A stretch of DNA of 64,000 nt from Eledone cirrhosa (lineage: Eukaryota), in contig OZ024742.1 of the NCBI GenBank assembly GCA_964016885.1, positions 144,894,001 through 144,958,000 on the forward strand. Direction: 5' to 3'. The notes below the pieces were generated by a model that worked only from the letters and a program-made list of their open reading frames with translations, had not been told where the DNA came from and made no database searches. Shown in pieces: positions 14,103-26,223 of this stretch (position 1 is its first letter; every line of letters starts with the position of its first letter). Position numbers and translations under genes: made by a program.

Positions 14103-15862
14103 CAGTCTACCAGAAACAATTGTAAGTGATTAAAACTGTTTTAATGAAAGTAGATTGATTTTCTTTAAATGCTTTTGTATATATGATATATATATATATT
14201 TGTGGGTGCGTGTGTATGTGTGTGCGTGCGTGTGGGGGGGGGGGGTCAAAAGGTTTCGTAAAATTAAGGGATCAAGGTTAATTTAGTAATTTAGTTAATT
14301 TAGTTAAATTATAAATATTTAGAAATTTCATATTAATGGTATACTTTACCTATTTGTAGGAGTTCATTGTCTATAACTTTCTATTCCATCCGTACATGAG
14401 CCCTGAACTACTGATGGCGTCATAAGAGTACCACTATGATGTCATTTGAAACCTGGTTGAAAGCAATCTTTTCCTAGTCTGCATGCAATGGATTTTTTCC
14501 TGAGCAAGAGGAAAAGAAAGATAAACAGAAGAAGAAGAAGAAGAAGAAGAAGAAGAAGAAGAAGAAGATTTATCGAACCCTGAAAGACTGAAAGGCAAAG
14601 TTTACTTCGATGGGATTTTGAACTTGGAACGTAGTGAGCGAAATATTTGCACCGGCTCTCTGTGCTCTACATCTTAAGAGTAAATTTTAAAAGCTCAACA
14701 AATATTTGCTTAACTTTCTAATATTCATAAACAATGTTCAATTAGTATGTATATATAGTTTTCTTCATGGGATCAATGAAGCTGTGACACTGTCAGTTCC
14801 CTTTTAACTCTCTCGGTAAACAACATTATTGATAAAATGCATTATCGATGATATCAGCTTACAGAGTTCGAAATTCCTAGTAGGCAATAACTGCAAAAAC
14901 CAAACACGACTGATTCGTATTGACTTCCATTTATCAGAATCATTGTTATAAAGAATACCTTTTATCTTGAATCTGTGAAGCTAATTTTGGTGGTTAATTC
15001 TAAGAGTTATGTTTCTGGTCTCTTCCTAAGTCGATTCGCGCTATTCGGGGATTAACGTCTCAGCATGTTGTTTGTGGAATACAAGAATCAGGTGTTGGAT
15101 CAATGGATAACAATAAAATAAAATCAGGATTAATATTAAAGATTAAACGTAGAAACAAAGATCTGAAAACAAATAAAAGTAAAATGGTTGTGAAAAAGTA
15201 AAAGAGTATCCTTAATGGCTTTAGGCTGGTTTGGGTTCTGATTTTTATTGGGTTGGGGAGACAGCATCTGAGATTTTATGTAAGTGAGCATTTCAAAGTT
15301 GTATATTGGTCTTACGGAACGACAGTTTAATGTGCAATATGATAATCATACGATGACCTCAAGATTCTGGGATGCGTGAAACTCAACGAAACTCTCCAGT
15401 TATGTCTGGAAATTTAAAGACTACACCACCATCTGTAAAATCGAGAGACGATGCAGGCCTTACACAAAGAGAACCTGACAATATGGGCTCTGTAACACAG
15501 AAAGATTGCTCCTTTTGAAAACTTGCCAGACGCTTCTTTAAACACCAAGACGGAAATGTTCGAAGATCGCTCATACAGTACCAAATATGCCTTGCATTTT
15601 TTGTCACTACCTCATCCATAGGAAAGTTTTAGTCAATATCTCCCGAAATTTGACGAAATGGGCTTTTCCAATCATATACCTTATTACTATTAAGTTTACT
15701 GTTTTGCCTTTTCATATCCACAAAACTTTTACCTTCTTCCTGATGTTTATCTTTACTCTTAATTTTCATTTTAATATTATTTCTAATTTATTTTTATTGT
15801 CAGCCATTGCTTCAGCACTTGATCCTCATACTCAACCAAATTACAGACAGAGCGAACTGGCT

Positions 15863-15894
<32 letters not shown>

Positions 15895-15898
<4 letters not shown>

Positions 15899-16333
15899 TA
15901 AACGGAATAGAAAATGCTGACAAATTGTTCACAGTTGAAAAATGGTTTAATTAGGAATAAAAGAGTATTAGTGATTATATGGGTTAGTATTCAGTTGTGG
16001 TTTTAAGTTTTTAAGTTTTTACCGGTTGCGCATTTCTAAATGCTTTTCAAAAATAATTTTGAGATAGAGTGTCCGTGCTGTTTGCTCTGATCTGATTAGT
16101 TTTGGGAATTCTACCTGTTTTTATGTTAAAAAAGTGGCTCCAGCGTTATTTTTGTGTTGCAAAAATGCTTGTGGTCAAAACAATTTTGATTGGTCGGTAG
16201 AGGTCATGTGAATGTAAAATGTTGATTTTGCGCCAAGACTGTTTTTATGTTAAAAAAGTGGCTCCAGCAAAAATTCTTGGTCAAAACAATTTTACCAATA
16301 TATAATAACTTGTGTGTTACACCTCTATTCTTT

Positions 16334-16340
<7 letters not shown>
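15895..16340. repeat. Dispersed repeat in (TA)n, homologous to 42715-43192
   Basis: Shares the ttggtaaacggaatagaaaatgctgacaaat start and the ttaccaatatatataacttgtgtgttacacc end. Confidence 0.85.
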
Positions 16341-16395
<55 letters not shown>

Positions 16396-16574
16396 CGGGT
16401 TAAATAGCCCCTCAGAATTAAACATCAGGATTATCACTCGAAAGGATGAAAAGAAGTAATGATGACCTTGTCGGGATTTGGAATAAATGCAACAATACAT
16501 GTTATTTTACGCTCCAACGACTGTCACTTTGCTGCCTACTAGAGTATACTTGCCGAATACACAAACACATGTTA

Positions 16575-16771
16575 ATAATTATTTCTACTTTTGGCACAAG
16601 GCCAGCAATTATCCCAGTGTATTACTGGTACTTTATTTTATCGACCCCGTAAGGATGAAAGGCAAAGTTAACCTCGGCGGGATTTGAACTCAGACCATAA
16701 AGGGCCGTAACTCTTTGCTGCAAGTCAAAGCATGGCGTCCGACCCTCTACCGATACTGCTAATCCACCGCC
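16575..16771 (-). mobile_element. SINE family 1, full length with TSD
   Basis: Reverse complement of the family consensus, flanked by acatgttaataat on both sides. Confidence 0.9.
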
Positions 16772-17330
16772 CACATGTTAATAATAACAATTTGTTCATT
16801 GAGCCGGTCCTCAGACTAAACGTTGTTCACCCTTCCTTTGTTTTACATTCTCTTGTTCACACCATCCCTTAATTACAGCACCCACCACTTCCTCCCCTGT
16901 AAATCGTACGACAGATCCTCACACTACCTAAAATGTCTCCTGCATTCCTGCTAAATTCATTTTGCAGATCAATGTTTCTTCCTTTCTTCTATCTTTCCCA
17001 TCTATAAATATATAAATCATTAATTTGCGATAGCATTAATATAGCATGATTCAGAATAAATGCATATATGGAGCCATATAAATTATGTTTATTTATGTAC
17101 AATAAACATCCATTTAGTCTCGCTATATTTTAAGCTGTGATCATATCAGCTTATCTATGTAGATGATTAAACCTTACATATTTATTTAATTATACCTCTG
17201 CCGAATCGATTTCAAGCGGTGAAACGTTTTATAACAAAATAAGAAACTGTTTCGAAACATCTGATGTGTGTGTGTGTGTGCGTGCGTGTGTGTGTGGGGG
17301 GGGGGGGTTGTGTGTGTGTGTGTGTGTGTG

Positions 17331-17435
<105 letters not shown>

Positions 17436-17961
17436 TCGGGAGGAGGTGGTCTTCTTCAGATCGTAAATCTAGCCTCGATGTTTACAACAGAATAAACCCC
17501 ATTAAAGTCACGCATTACTTCCCCAAGAACAAGAACTGTCTCACCCATATGCTATGTCAGCTAAACCTCATTCGGATGGCTTTGGTCAATTCGTGGCTAT
17601 GATAAAAAATACTTGCCAAAAATGCCTCGCAAGTATACCGAACCCAGAGCCAGATAGATGGGAAGTGAACTTGGTACCCATACAATCATGCGTGACCCAA
17701 TCATGTTGTTATTCAGATCTAGAACATCTAGCCGTGACCACCCTTTCTTTTTATAGCTATGTGGGACTTCATACTGCATATTTAATATGGCTGGGTATAA
17801 TTTTAGGGAATTTGGCGGCCATTTCTAGCAGGTTGAGTGAGCAATCACATGGATGCTCATACATACATGTGTGTGTGTGTGTGTGTGAATGTGTGTATAT
17901 GTGTGTGAATGTGTGTATATGTGTGTGTATGTGTGAGCATGTGTGTGTGTATGAGTGCGTG

Positions 17962-18049
<88 letters not shown>

Positions 18050-18617
18050 CATGTGTGTATGTGTGTGTGTGTGTGTGCACACAAAAACAAATGGGTGCGT
18101 ATATGAACATTTGCACAAATATTTATCACCCAAATTAACAGTTTTTGCATTTGCCAATCTACATTGAAACGCTTATCCAACCTCAATAAGGATGTCATGT
18201 ATTTACAGAGTGTTGTAATTATTTTAATGGCTTTGCTCTCATTTTACTAGTTTTGGTTAGACCTGACAAACTTAAAGTTCAGACGACCATTGTTCAGTAC
18301 ACAGAGCTTAGCTGAATGAAGTCTGCTTCAGTTTCTGCTGTCAACATTCTAACTAAATTAAGTGAGGAAATACTTCAGATGACTTCGCCGATCAACCATA
18401 AAATTTGCCAGAATACCGCGTTTGACAAAGTTTATAAAGCAAAACAATTTGAATTTTTTTATTTTTTTTTAATTTTTGTTCACTTACGCATTCATATCTA
18501 TATTCAAGCATACATATTTAAATATATTCATACATACATACCTACACACATACATGCCTATTTGCATACATACATACATATATACACATAAATATATATA
18601 TATGTCTGTAAGTGGTA

Positions 18618-18655
<38 letters not shown>

Positions 18656-18679
18656 GACACACACACAGACACAGACACA

Positions 18680-18739
<60 letters not shown>

Positions 18740-18886
18740 CTTCGTCTTTGTAATTGTTTCGCAAGATTCTTTATGTGAAACCATGTGTTGAAACCGATTT
18801 TGTTATATTTTAAGAATACCATGTTGACAATAAAAACACACGCACTAGTTGAGTTTCAGTTCCGTTTTATTATTAGTTAAGTAATT

Positions 18887-19070
18887 GCGGTGAATTGGCA
18901 GTATCGGTAGAGCGTCAGACATCACGCACTCAGTTATGGCCCTTTACGTTCTGAGTTCAAATCTCGCCGAGGTTAACTTTGCCTTTCATCCTTACAGGGT
19001 CGATAACATAAAGCACCAGTAATGCACTGGGGTAATTGCTGGCCTTGCGCCAAAAGTAGAAACAATTATT
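18887..19070 (+). mobile_element. SINE family 1
   Basis: Family consensus, flanked by ttatt(a/g)gttaagtaa duplications. Confidence 0.9.
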
Positions 19071-21244
19071 GGTTAAGTAACTTAAATACATTCCTTGATT
19101 AGTTTAGTAACTGGATGGCTATTTAATTGTCATATTTAATTATCAAAGCTCATTTGTTATACATTGGATTGAGAGAAGAATGAAAACTAAAAAAGGACTC
19201 TTTCCAACTTGAATAACAGTGTTTTTAAAACGTAAAAACATTGAATCTATATAATTAGTATTTACATTAGACGTTGATTGTGTTCTGCTATAATGACGAG
19301 CCTACGGCGGGGATTTTACACTATATGATGGTCTAACCTGCTAGAAATACGAAGCAAATCCCTTCCAAATCACGCCCCAATGAAAGTAAATCACAGAAAA
19401 AAATGGAAAACTTTTGAAAAACTGGCTTAATGTTTTTTTTGGGGGGGGGGGGGGGGGGTAAGACATTGGATAAAAAATGATTTTATTTTTTAAATACATG
19501 TAATGTCCATTATTCCAAAGGGTGGACGCAGCATGGCCGAATGGTTAATAAGTTCGCAATCATTAGGTCCCGGGTTCGATCGCATTGTGCGGTATCTTGA
19601 GCAAGTGTCATTTATCATAATGTCAAGTCGACCCAAACCGTGTGAGTGAAATTGGCTAGAGAGAAGTTCGTCGGATTGATTATAACTTTAATAGACTAGT
19701 TGCACACTGTATCATGCTGAATTTCTCCACGAATTGCGTTAAGGCTACAAGTGTCTGTGGAATATTCAGTCGCTGACATTTTCATTTCATGAGTAGACTT
19801 ACCGTTGTTAAAAAAAGAACATATCACTCATCGTCAAAACAAACGGTGATCCACTCCAAAGAATAAAACCGTCAATTATATAAAAAATATTAAACTAATT
19901 AAATAAATATTATTTTAACTGTTAATACGTAGCTTCTACACAATAACAACAGAATCTGTATTAATATGCGTTTGTTCTTAGACAAAGAGTTAAAAAGAGA
20001 GTGAATGAGATAAAGCAGTAACGGCGAGGGAGAGAAAGAGCAAGGTGTTTATTAGGGGGAATATGGTAACAGTGAGAAGAAATGCTATTAATCAAATGCA
20101 CACATATACACAACGCAGTGAATTAGCAGAGCTGTGAGGTTGTCAGACAAAATGCTATGCGGTATTCTTTCCAACTTTCTGAACTCTGAGTTCAATTTCC
20201 GACGTGATAAACTTTGCCTTTCATCATTTTGAGGCCAATAAATCAAATGCTAATCCAGTACTGGGTCGATTCTTCCTTTATGTATCTTTCTCATTCTATC
20301 TTTCCTGCCCCACCGCTTTCTTTCTCTGGAAGAAATCGGTTGGGTTCAGATCGAGAGACGGATGGGCACCACCAAGTTTAAGTGCTCAATACACGCCACA
20401 TGTCACAACGATGCCCCTACAACTCTATCAGGAGTTAAGGAACTAAGTATGCATACACACATACGCATAAATATGTTATATACTGAGAATTGTAGTAGCT
20501 GTTAAAGTGATAACGTTATCGAGAAAGATATTGGTTAATGGAAGCGGCGGTGGTGGTGGGGGTGGGGGTAATTGTGGCTGTGGTAAGGAAAGTAAGCCGA
20601 AGAGTGGAGTTTTGTTATTGAACTAAAATCTATTTTTTCAACAATCACCAACTATGTAACACGTGTGCTTTAATGCAATAACTGTTGTCACCTAAACTGA
20701 ACCTTTTACAGAGAACTCAGTTTCCAATTAGATTAGCCTGTTCAATGACAATATAGCTCACAGTCATACATTTAATAAGATAAGGATTTATTTACTACGA
20801 CCAGTATTTAGTCATCGACAGTTATATCTTGCATTTCAAGGCTTAAGAAATTAAATGATGTTTTTGTCGGAGTTAAAGTCTGTCCCAAACCATCAGGCCG
20901 GTGTTTATCTCCGATTTCATTTTTCATTCACACCCAGTGAAGCCCCCAGCCCACACTGTAAAGTCCTTGTGTAGGCATCACAATAAAAAGCACCCAGTTC
21001 ACACTGTAAAGTGGTCGTGTAGGTATCACGACAAAAAAGTACCCAGTACTCACTGTAAATGAGGTTGGCGTTAGAAACCAAGCTGCAGAAACCAAGCCAA
21101 AATCAGTTCTGTCTGAGCCAGATATGGTCACCTGACCTAGCATTGCCCACATTAGGACAACTCGTCTAACCTATGCTAGCGTGGAAGAATGGACTTAAAA
21201 CGGTGATGATGATGATGATGATGATTAAATGATGAGAGCACAAG

Positions 21245-21445
21245 AATCTACCTAACCTTGACAGGACACCAGCCTATTACAGGTATAAACCCCAGTTACT
21301 GGTGTTACTCATATTTAACTGCGTGTATTAGTAATGTGAAATGAAGTGTTTTGCGCAAAATCACAACGTACCATCTGGTCCAGGAATCGAATCCACATTA
21401 TGAACGTAAACCTAATACCTTAAGCACTAGATTCCGCGTCTCCAC
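21245..21445 (-). mobile_element. SINE family 2, diverged
   Basis: gtgaaatgaagtgttttgcgcaaaatcacaacg...ccaggaatcgaatcc. Confidence 0.7.
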
Positions 21446-21749
21446 ATTCTGTTGTCGTAGATACTGTTAATATGCATAGAAAACAAGGAGGCAAAAATTA
21501 TCACTAAATACATTGTGCATAAGGAAGTATTAAATTAATGAATATTAAACCGTTTATAATGATAATTAATGGTTTATGGATTAAATGATTAAATGATACA
21601 ACAATGCAATGGTTACTTAGATATAACCATGTAAAAAATTGAAATGCTATTATATATTAAGTGTAAATTTAAGTTTTTAGAATAATTAATAAATGTTTCT
21701 ACTATAGGCACAAGGCAAGGAATTACCCAGTGCATTAATGGCACTTTAA

Positions 21750-21880
21750 CAATTATGCAAACCGCCTCTTAAGCAATGTGAGTAGAACAACCTCGTCATT
21801 CCTGCTCTTGATGCCAACATAAGAGCAGGAATGACGAGGTTGTTCTTCTCACATTGCTTAAGAGGCTGTTTGCATAATTG
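21750..21880. repeat. Near-perfect hairpin/palindrome
   Basis: caattatgcaaaccgcctcttaagcaatgtgag...cctgctctt, a loop, then aagagcagg...tttgcataattg. Outer arms at about 21660-21695 and 21895-21930. Confidence 0.9.
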
Positions 21881-22011
21881 GAAACGTGTCGATTATTATT
21901 ATTAATATTCTAAAAACTCAGATTTACATTTAAACTATTTGTTAGTTATATATTAAGTTTTGAAGCAAAATAAATTAATTCTATTTCCCTTTTCATTTCT
22001 CCATCCACAGG

Positions 22012-23957
22012 CAGAACCGGATTAATGGAGGGTGGGGGGAGTGAGTTATTGCCCGGTCCCCCTGATGAAAATGGGAGCCCCTTTCGCATGTCTATGTGTC
22101 CAAGGCTCCAAATGAGGTTCCCCAACTACCAGTGGGTACTTCTCAGTTCCCGTAGGTTCGACAACAGTTAAGTTATTTTGCGATATTTTGTTTCTGGGAA
22201 ACTTGTACAAAAGTTTTATTTTTATTTTCCTGCAGGTTGACTGTCACAAGACTGAAGTACTAGCTACCTCTCTGCTAGAAATTTTTAAATGACGATATTG
22301 ATTTCAAAGACGGCAGATGGAAAGTCTTATGATAATACCAGTTATATGTCTGGTCACTTTGCAGAAATGAAAACCACATATAAGTATAAGAACCTAGCAG
22401 CTGTTTTCATCCTCGGTGCTACTCACCCATTAAATTTTTTTGAACAAGCTGCTGCCTCTTGCTGTACTGAAGATGTCAATTATTGTGGATTCACGCAAAG
22501 GTTATACTTCTTTTTTCTACATCAATACACAGATGGGCATATCTAATGAAGTCTTTGGAAAGAAGGAAAAGTGCACAAACTGTGAAGTCTCTGTTAGATA
22601 CACATTGGTCAACAAAAGCTGATACCATTAACACCTTCATAGATGTGTACGACTGCATTTAAAATATACCTCAAGATATTGAAAGTGACTTGAAACAAAC
22701 ACCTATAGCAAAATATAAAGCACAGATATTGGCAGACAAAATGGAAACTGCTCTGATGGCCAAGATCTAAAACTTAATTCTTGTACGGTTCAACAGCACA
22801 AATAAAGATTTTCAAAGAGTCGAAGTTGACCTAAATAGAGTTGTGGATCTAATTGATTGTTTAGAAAAGATTCTGAAATCACTTTGAGATAGGGATTAAG
22901 AATTAGAACTGAATATCAAGAACTTGTCAGGCATCCCTGACTACAAAGCAACAACATGTAGGTTAAGAAAGTGAAACAAACAATATGATGCAAATCCAAC
23001 ATCAGTCAAGAAAAGCTCAGATGCAGCACTTTGCATGTTATGACGTTATTTTAGATCAGTTGTCTGTTGCCTCACAAAAATGTAGGTTAGCTTATATATT
23101 AGTGCATAAGTTCAAATACATGGTATACTTATATAGTTTATCTACTGCAGAGATAAGAATTGAAGTTGAGAAATGTATCACTCCCTTTCCATGAAGTTCG
23201 GTTATAGAAGAAATTGTCCATTTTGCAGCTTTGTCCAAACTCAGGTAATGTCTCATGCTATCTTAATAGGCAGTTTTACTCCATGATGTAGGACTTGGTG
23301 ATACGTTTCCAAGTATTGATATAGATCTTATAATATATTTGAGCTTAGTAGTTTGTTGGTGTTCAAGAGAGAGTTCATCCAGTCAATTAGCGTTATAAAG
23401 CGTTACCTGGGAATCATGATGACCCACAAACAACTAGCTGTTCTCTGCCTACAAGATGCGGGGAGCAGTATTCTGAAGATGATACAGTTTTATGAGCCCG
23501 TTAAAGATTTTTCAAATACCAAGGTGTAGAAAGAAAGGATTTTTGTAGGTATTGTAGTGATGTATATGTAGATATATCTTTCTGTTCTTAGTTTAGACAA
23601 CGTTTTTCATTGACCCATGGCATTTAATCTTTCTTCAGTAGATTTGATACGTTTAAACCAAAGCTTTTAGTACAGTTGCTAAAATCTCTGTGGCAGGTCT
23701 GACATTAACTTGTCAGTACATTTATATAAAACATTTAACATTTACTTATGTATATATTGTATATATTGTATTTATGTATTTGCTTTTATGTATTACGGGA
23801 CAGTTTTTTTTCCATTTAACATTTGTTATAACTTTTTATTACATGCAATAAGCCGGTATGATATAGAAATTGTGGGGTTTTCTATGTATTTTAATTTTTG
23901 TGTATTGGGCGGGAAGAGGACTGAAACTGAAGTGCCCCGAGCCTAAATGCAGCCCTG
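22012..23957 (+). mobile_element. Decayed hAT transposon (Tip100/ZMYM1-like transposase relic)
   Basis: Exact 8-bp TSD tccacagg (22004-22011 and 23958-23965) and TIRs cagaaccggattaa / taaatgcagccctg. Relic motifs: GKSYDNTSYMSG, THPLN, DTHWS and a hAT dimerisation-like stretch near 23370-23450. Confidence 0.88.
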
Positions 23958-24206
23958 TCCACAGGTAATGAATTATTTTAACAAAATGCTAGAGTAATTA
24001 TTGTCTTAATTATCAATAGCCGTGATATATCCGCGGGTCAATTAGTTTATAATAATATTGTTACACATATGTGGGAAAATATCACGTTATATTGAATGTC
24101 ATAAATAAAATAATTTAACAGAAAAAGAAGCATTAAATCAACCATAAAATCCTATAACGTTTCACCTAGATTCACTCAATCAGGGACAACAACAACAACA
24201 ACAACA

Positions 24207-24237
<31 letters not shown>

Positions 24238-24279
24238 CTTCTTCTTCTTCTTCTTCTTCTTCTTCTTCTTCTTCTTCGG

Positions 24280-24594
24280 ACATGTGGTTAGAATGTCTCA
24301 GGAAAGAATCGGTGGACAGATTTTACGGGCAAAACCAACCAGATGGAGACGCAAGGGTAGACACCAAGAAAGATGTTTGGATAACATCCATGGGCTCGGT
24401 TGATCTCCCTTGGGGATCCAGTCGGATCAATTAGGGATGGAGCCGCTGACTGACCCACTAGAAGGTGCATTTGAGGATTCTACCCCCAGGTCACTCCAAG
24501 GAATAAGTGGAAGAAGAAAGTCGCAAAGAGTGCGATAAAAATCATGATATTAGAGAAGAAGAAGAAGAAGAAGAAGAAGAAGAAGAAGAAGAAG

Positions 24595-24625
<31 letters not shown>
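24280..24625 (+). mobile_element. RTE-like LINE 3' end fragment between (TTC)n and (GAA)n
   Basis: Similar to 32270-32478 and 50880-51200 (ggataacatccatg.gct motif), with a (GAA)n tail. Confidence 0.55.
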
Positions 24626-25087
24626 TAACTTAACCTGAAATAAATTCATAAAAATAATCTCACAATTACTTTGTTTTAATTAGGACACTTAACTCTACAA
24701 AGCTTGGAGTGAGTATCAATCTTACGAGACAGGATTGAGAAGGCCAGAAGCTTTAGAAGTCATTTAAATAAATGCATTGTTCAAGGGAATAATGACATCA
24801 TCATAATACTGACAACTATCCGATCGCACAAGAAGAAAATAATTCGCTATACAGGAGATATGTAGGTTATTGTTCAGGTAGATTTTGAAATATGATCTCA
24901 CAGCATATATATGGACGCGTTAGCGTGATGGAGAGAGAGAGTTCAGCTTAGATACTTTGATGGATGGCTTTGAGAAAAGTGACAAGTTGATTAGAATGAG
25001 AAGTGGTGAACAATGGAGTAGTTAAACCTGATGTATCCAACAATAACTTGTGCATTAGTCCTAGGCAACAAGCGACAGAAGAGATAC

Positions 25088-25123
<36 letters not shown>

Positions 25124-25230
25124 ATAATAATAAATTTGAAGACTAAAATCCAGAGAGGGCTCGATAAGGATAAATATATATCAAATATATAAGAACCGTA
25201 GAGCAAATATTTATTAAAATAACAGATTAA

Positions 25231-25281
25231 AGTTTAAGCAAAGAATCGCTGCTTTCACCCTTAACGGGATCTTCTGAAACT
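25231..25281 (-). ncRNA. Variant type I hammerhead (CAGAAGA core), PLE family A
   Basis: agttt CAGAAGA t-ccc-gttaa-ggg-t GAAA gcag-cgattct-ttgc TT aaact. Confidence 0.7.
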
Positions 25282-26223
25282 GACAAAGTCAATCTGTAAA
25301 CGCAGAACTGGATATTTCAAAAAACGTTGCAACCGGAGGAAGACAGGAAGACGATACTTTGGTTCGTGGAAACGTTCTCTGGCAAAGAACGGGAAAAAAC
25401 GAATATAATACGTCATTAATAGGAGCGGTGAAAAACAATTACGCGCAAAGACAGAACCACGTTTATGGTATAAAAGAAGTCGTAGACTAATGTTCTCTTA
25501 GGTGGTTCATAAAAGACGTTCTCTGGCAATGAACGAAAAAAACGAAGATAGTACGTCATATGTGGAGCGGGGAGAACAATAGCACGCAAAGACAAAACCA
25601 CTTTAATGGTATAGCAGAAGTCGTAGACTAAAATTCTAACTAGGATACCGAATGAATCTCCGCTACAGAGTTAAGAACAAAGTAAATAAATACAATACAG
25701 AAGAAATAGAAATAAATAAATACATACACGCAAACAAATACGTACATACACAAGCATACGCAAAACACATACCATAGGTATACTAAACCACGCACATATA
25801 AATATATGTGTGTGTGTGTGTATGCGTGTATACAAATAAATAAATAATTATATAAACGTATATAAATAAATAAATACGTATATAACAAGCGCACACACAT
25901 ACCTACATGTAAATACACGAATGTTCGGAGACGTAAGTCAACCAAAACATGAAGTACACATAAACACACACCCTACATACGTACGAACCAGCATACTCAC
26001 GCAGACGCAAAACTCCCATATACACAAAGCCAAACCATATGTACCAGAACATATAAAATTATACGCCATAACATAAACAATCAAATATACGTACAAGAAG
26101 GTATACGTACCTTCACAAAACATACGGGTAATATATACTTACCTATGCAAATAAGTAATGGTATAAACAAAACATATACTTAGCTTCCACATCAAGACGT
26201 AAAATATCCACGTATAGATCGTA

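Noticed and set aside
20930-21060. Three ~50-bp spaced repeats, superficially CRISPR-like
   Set aside because: The spacers are mutually similar, the repeats lie within a (GAT)n-tailed SINE-like repeat, and the context is eukaryotic with no cas genes.
24018-24047. Helitron-like 3' hairpin
   Set aside because: It ends in ttag rather than ctag, and no matching 5' end was found.
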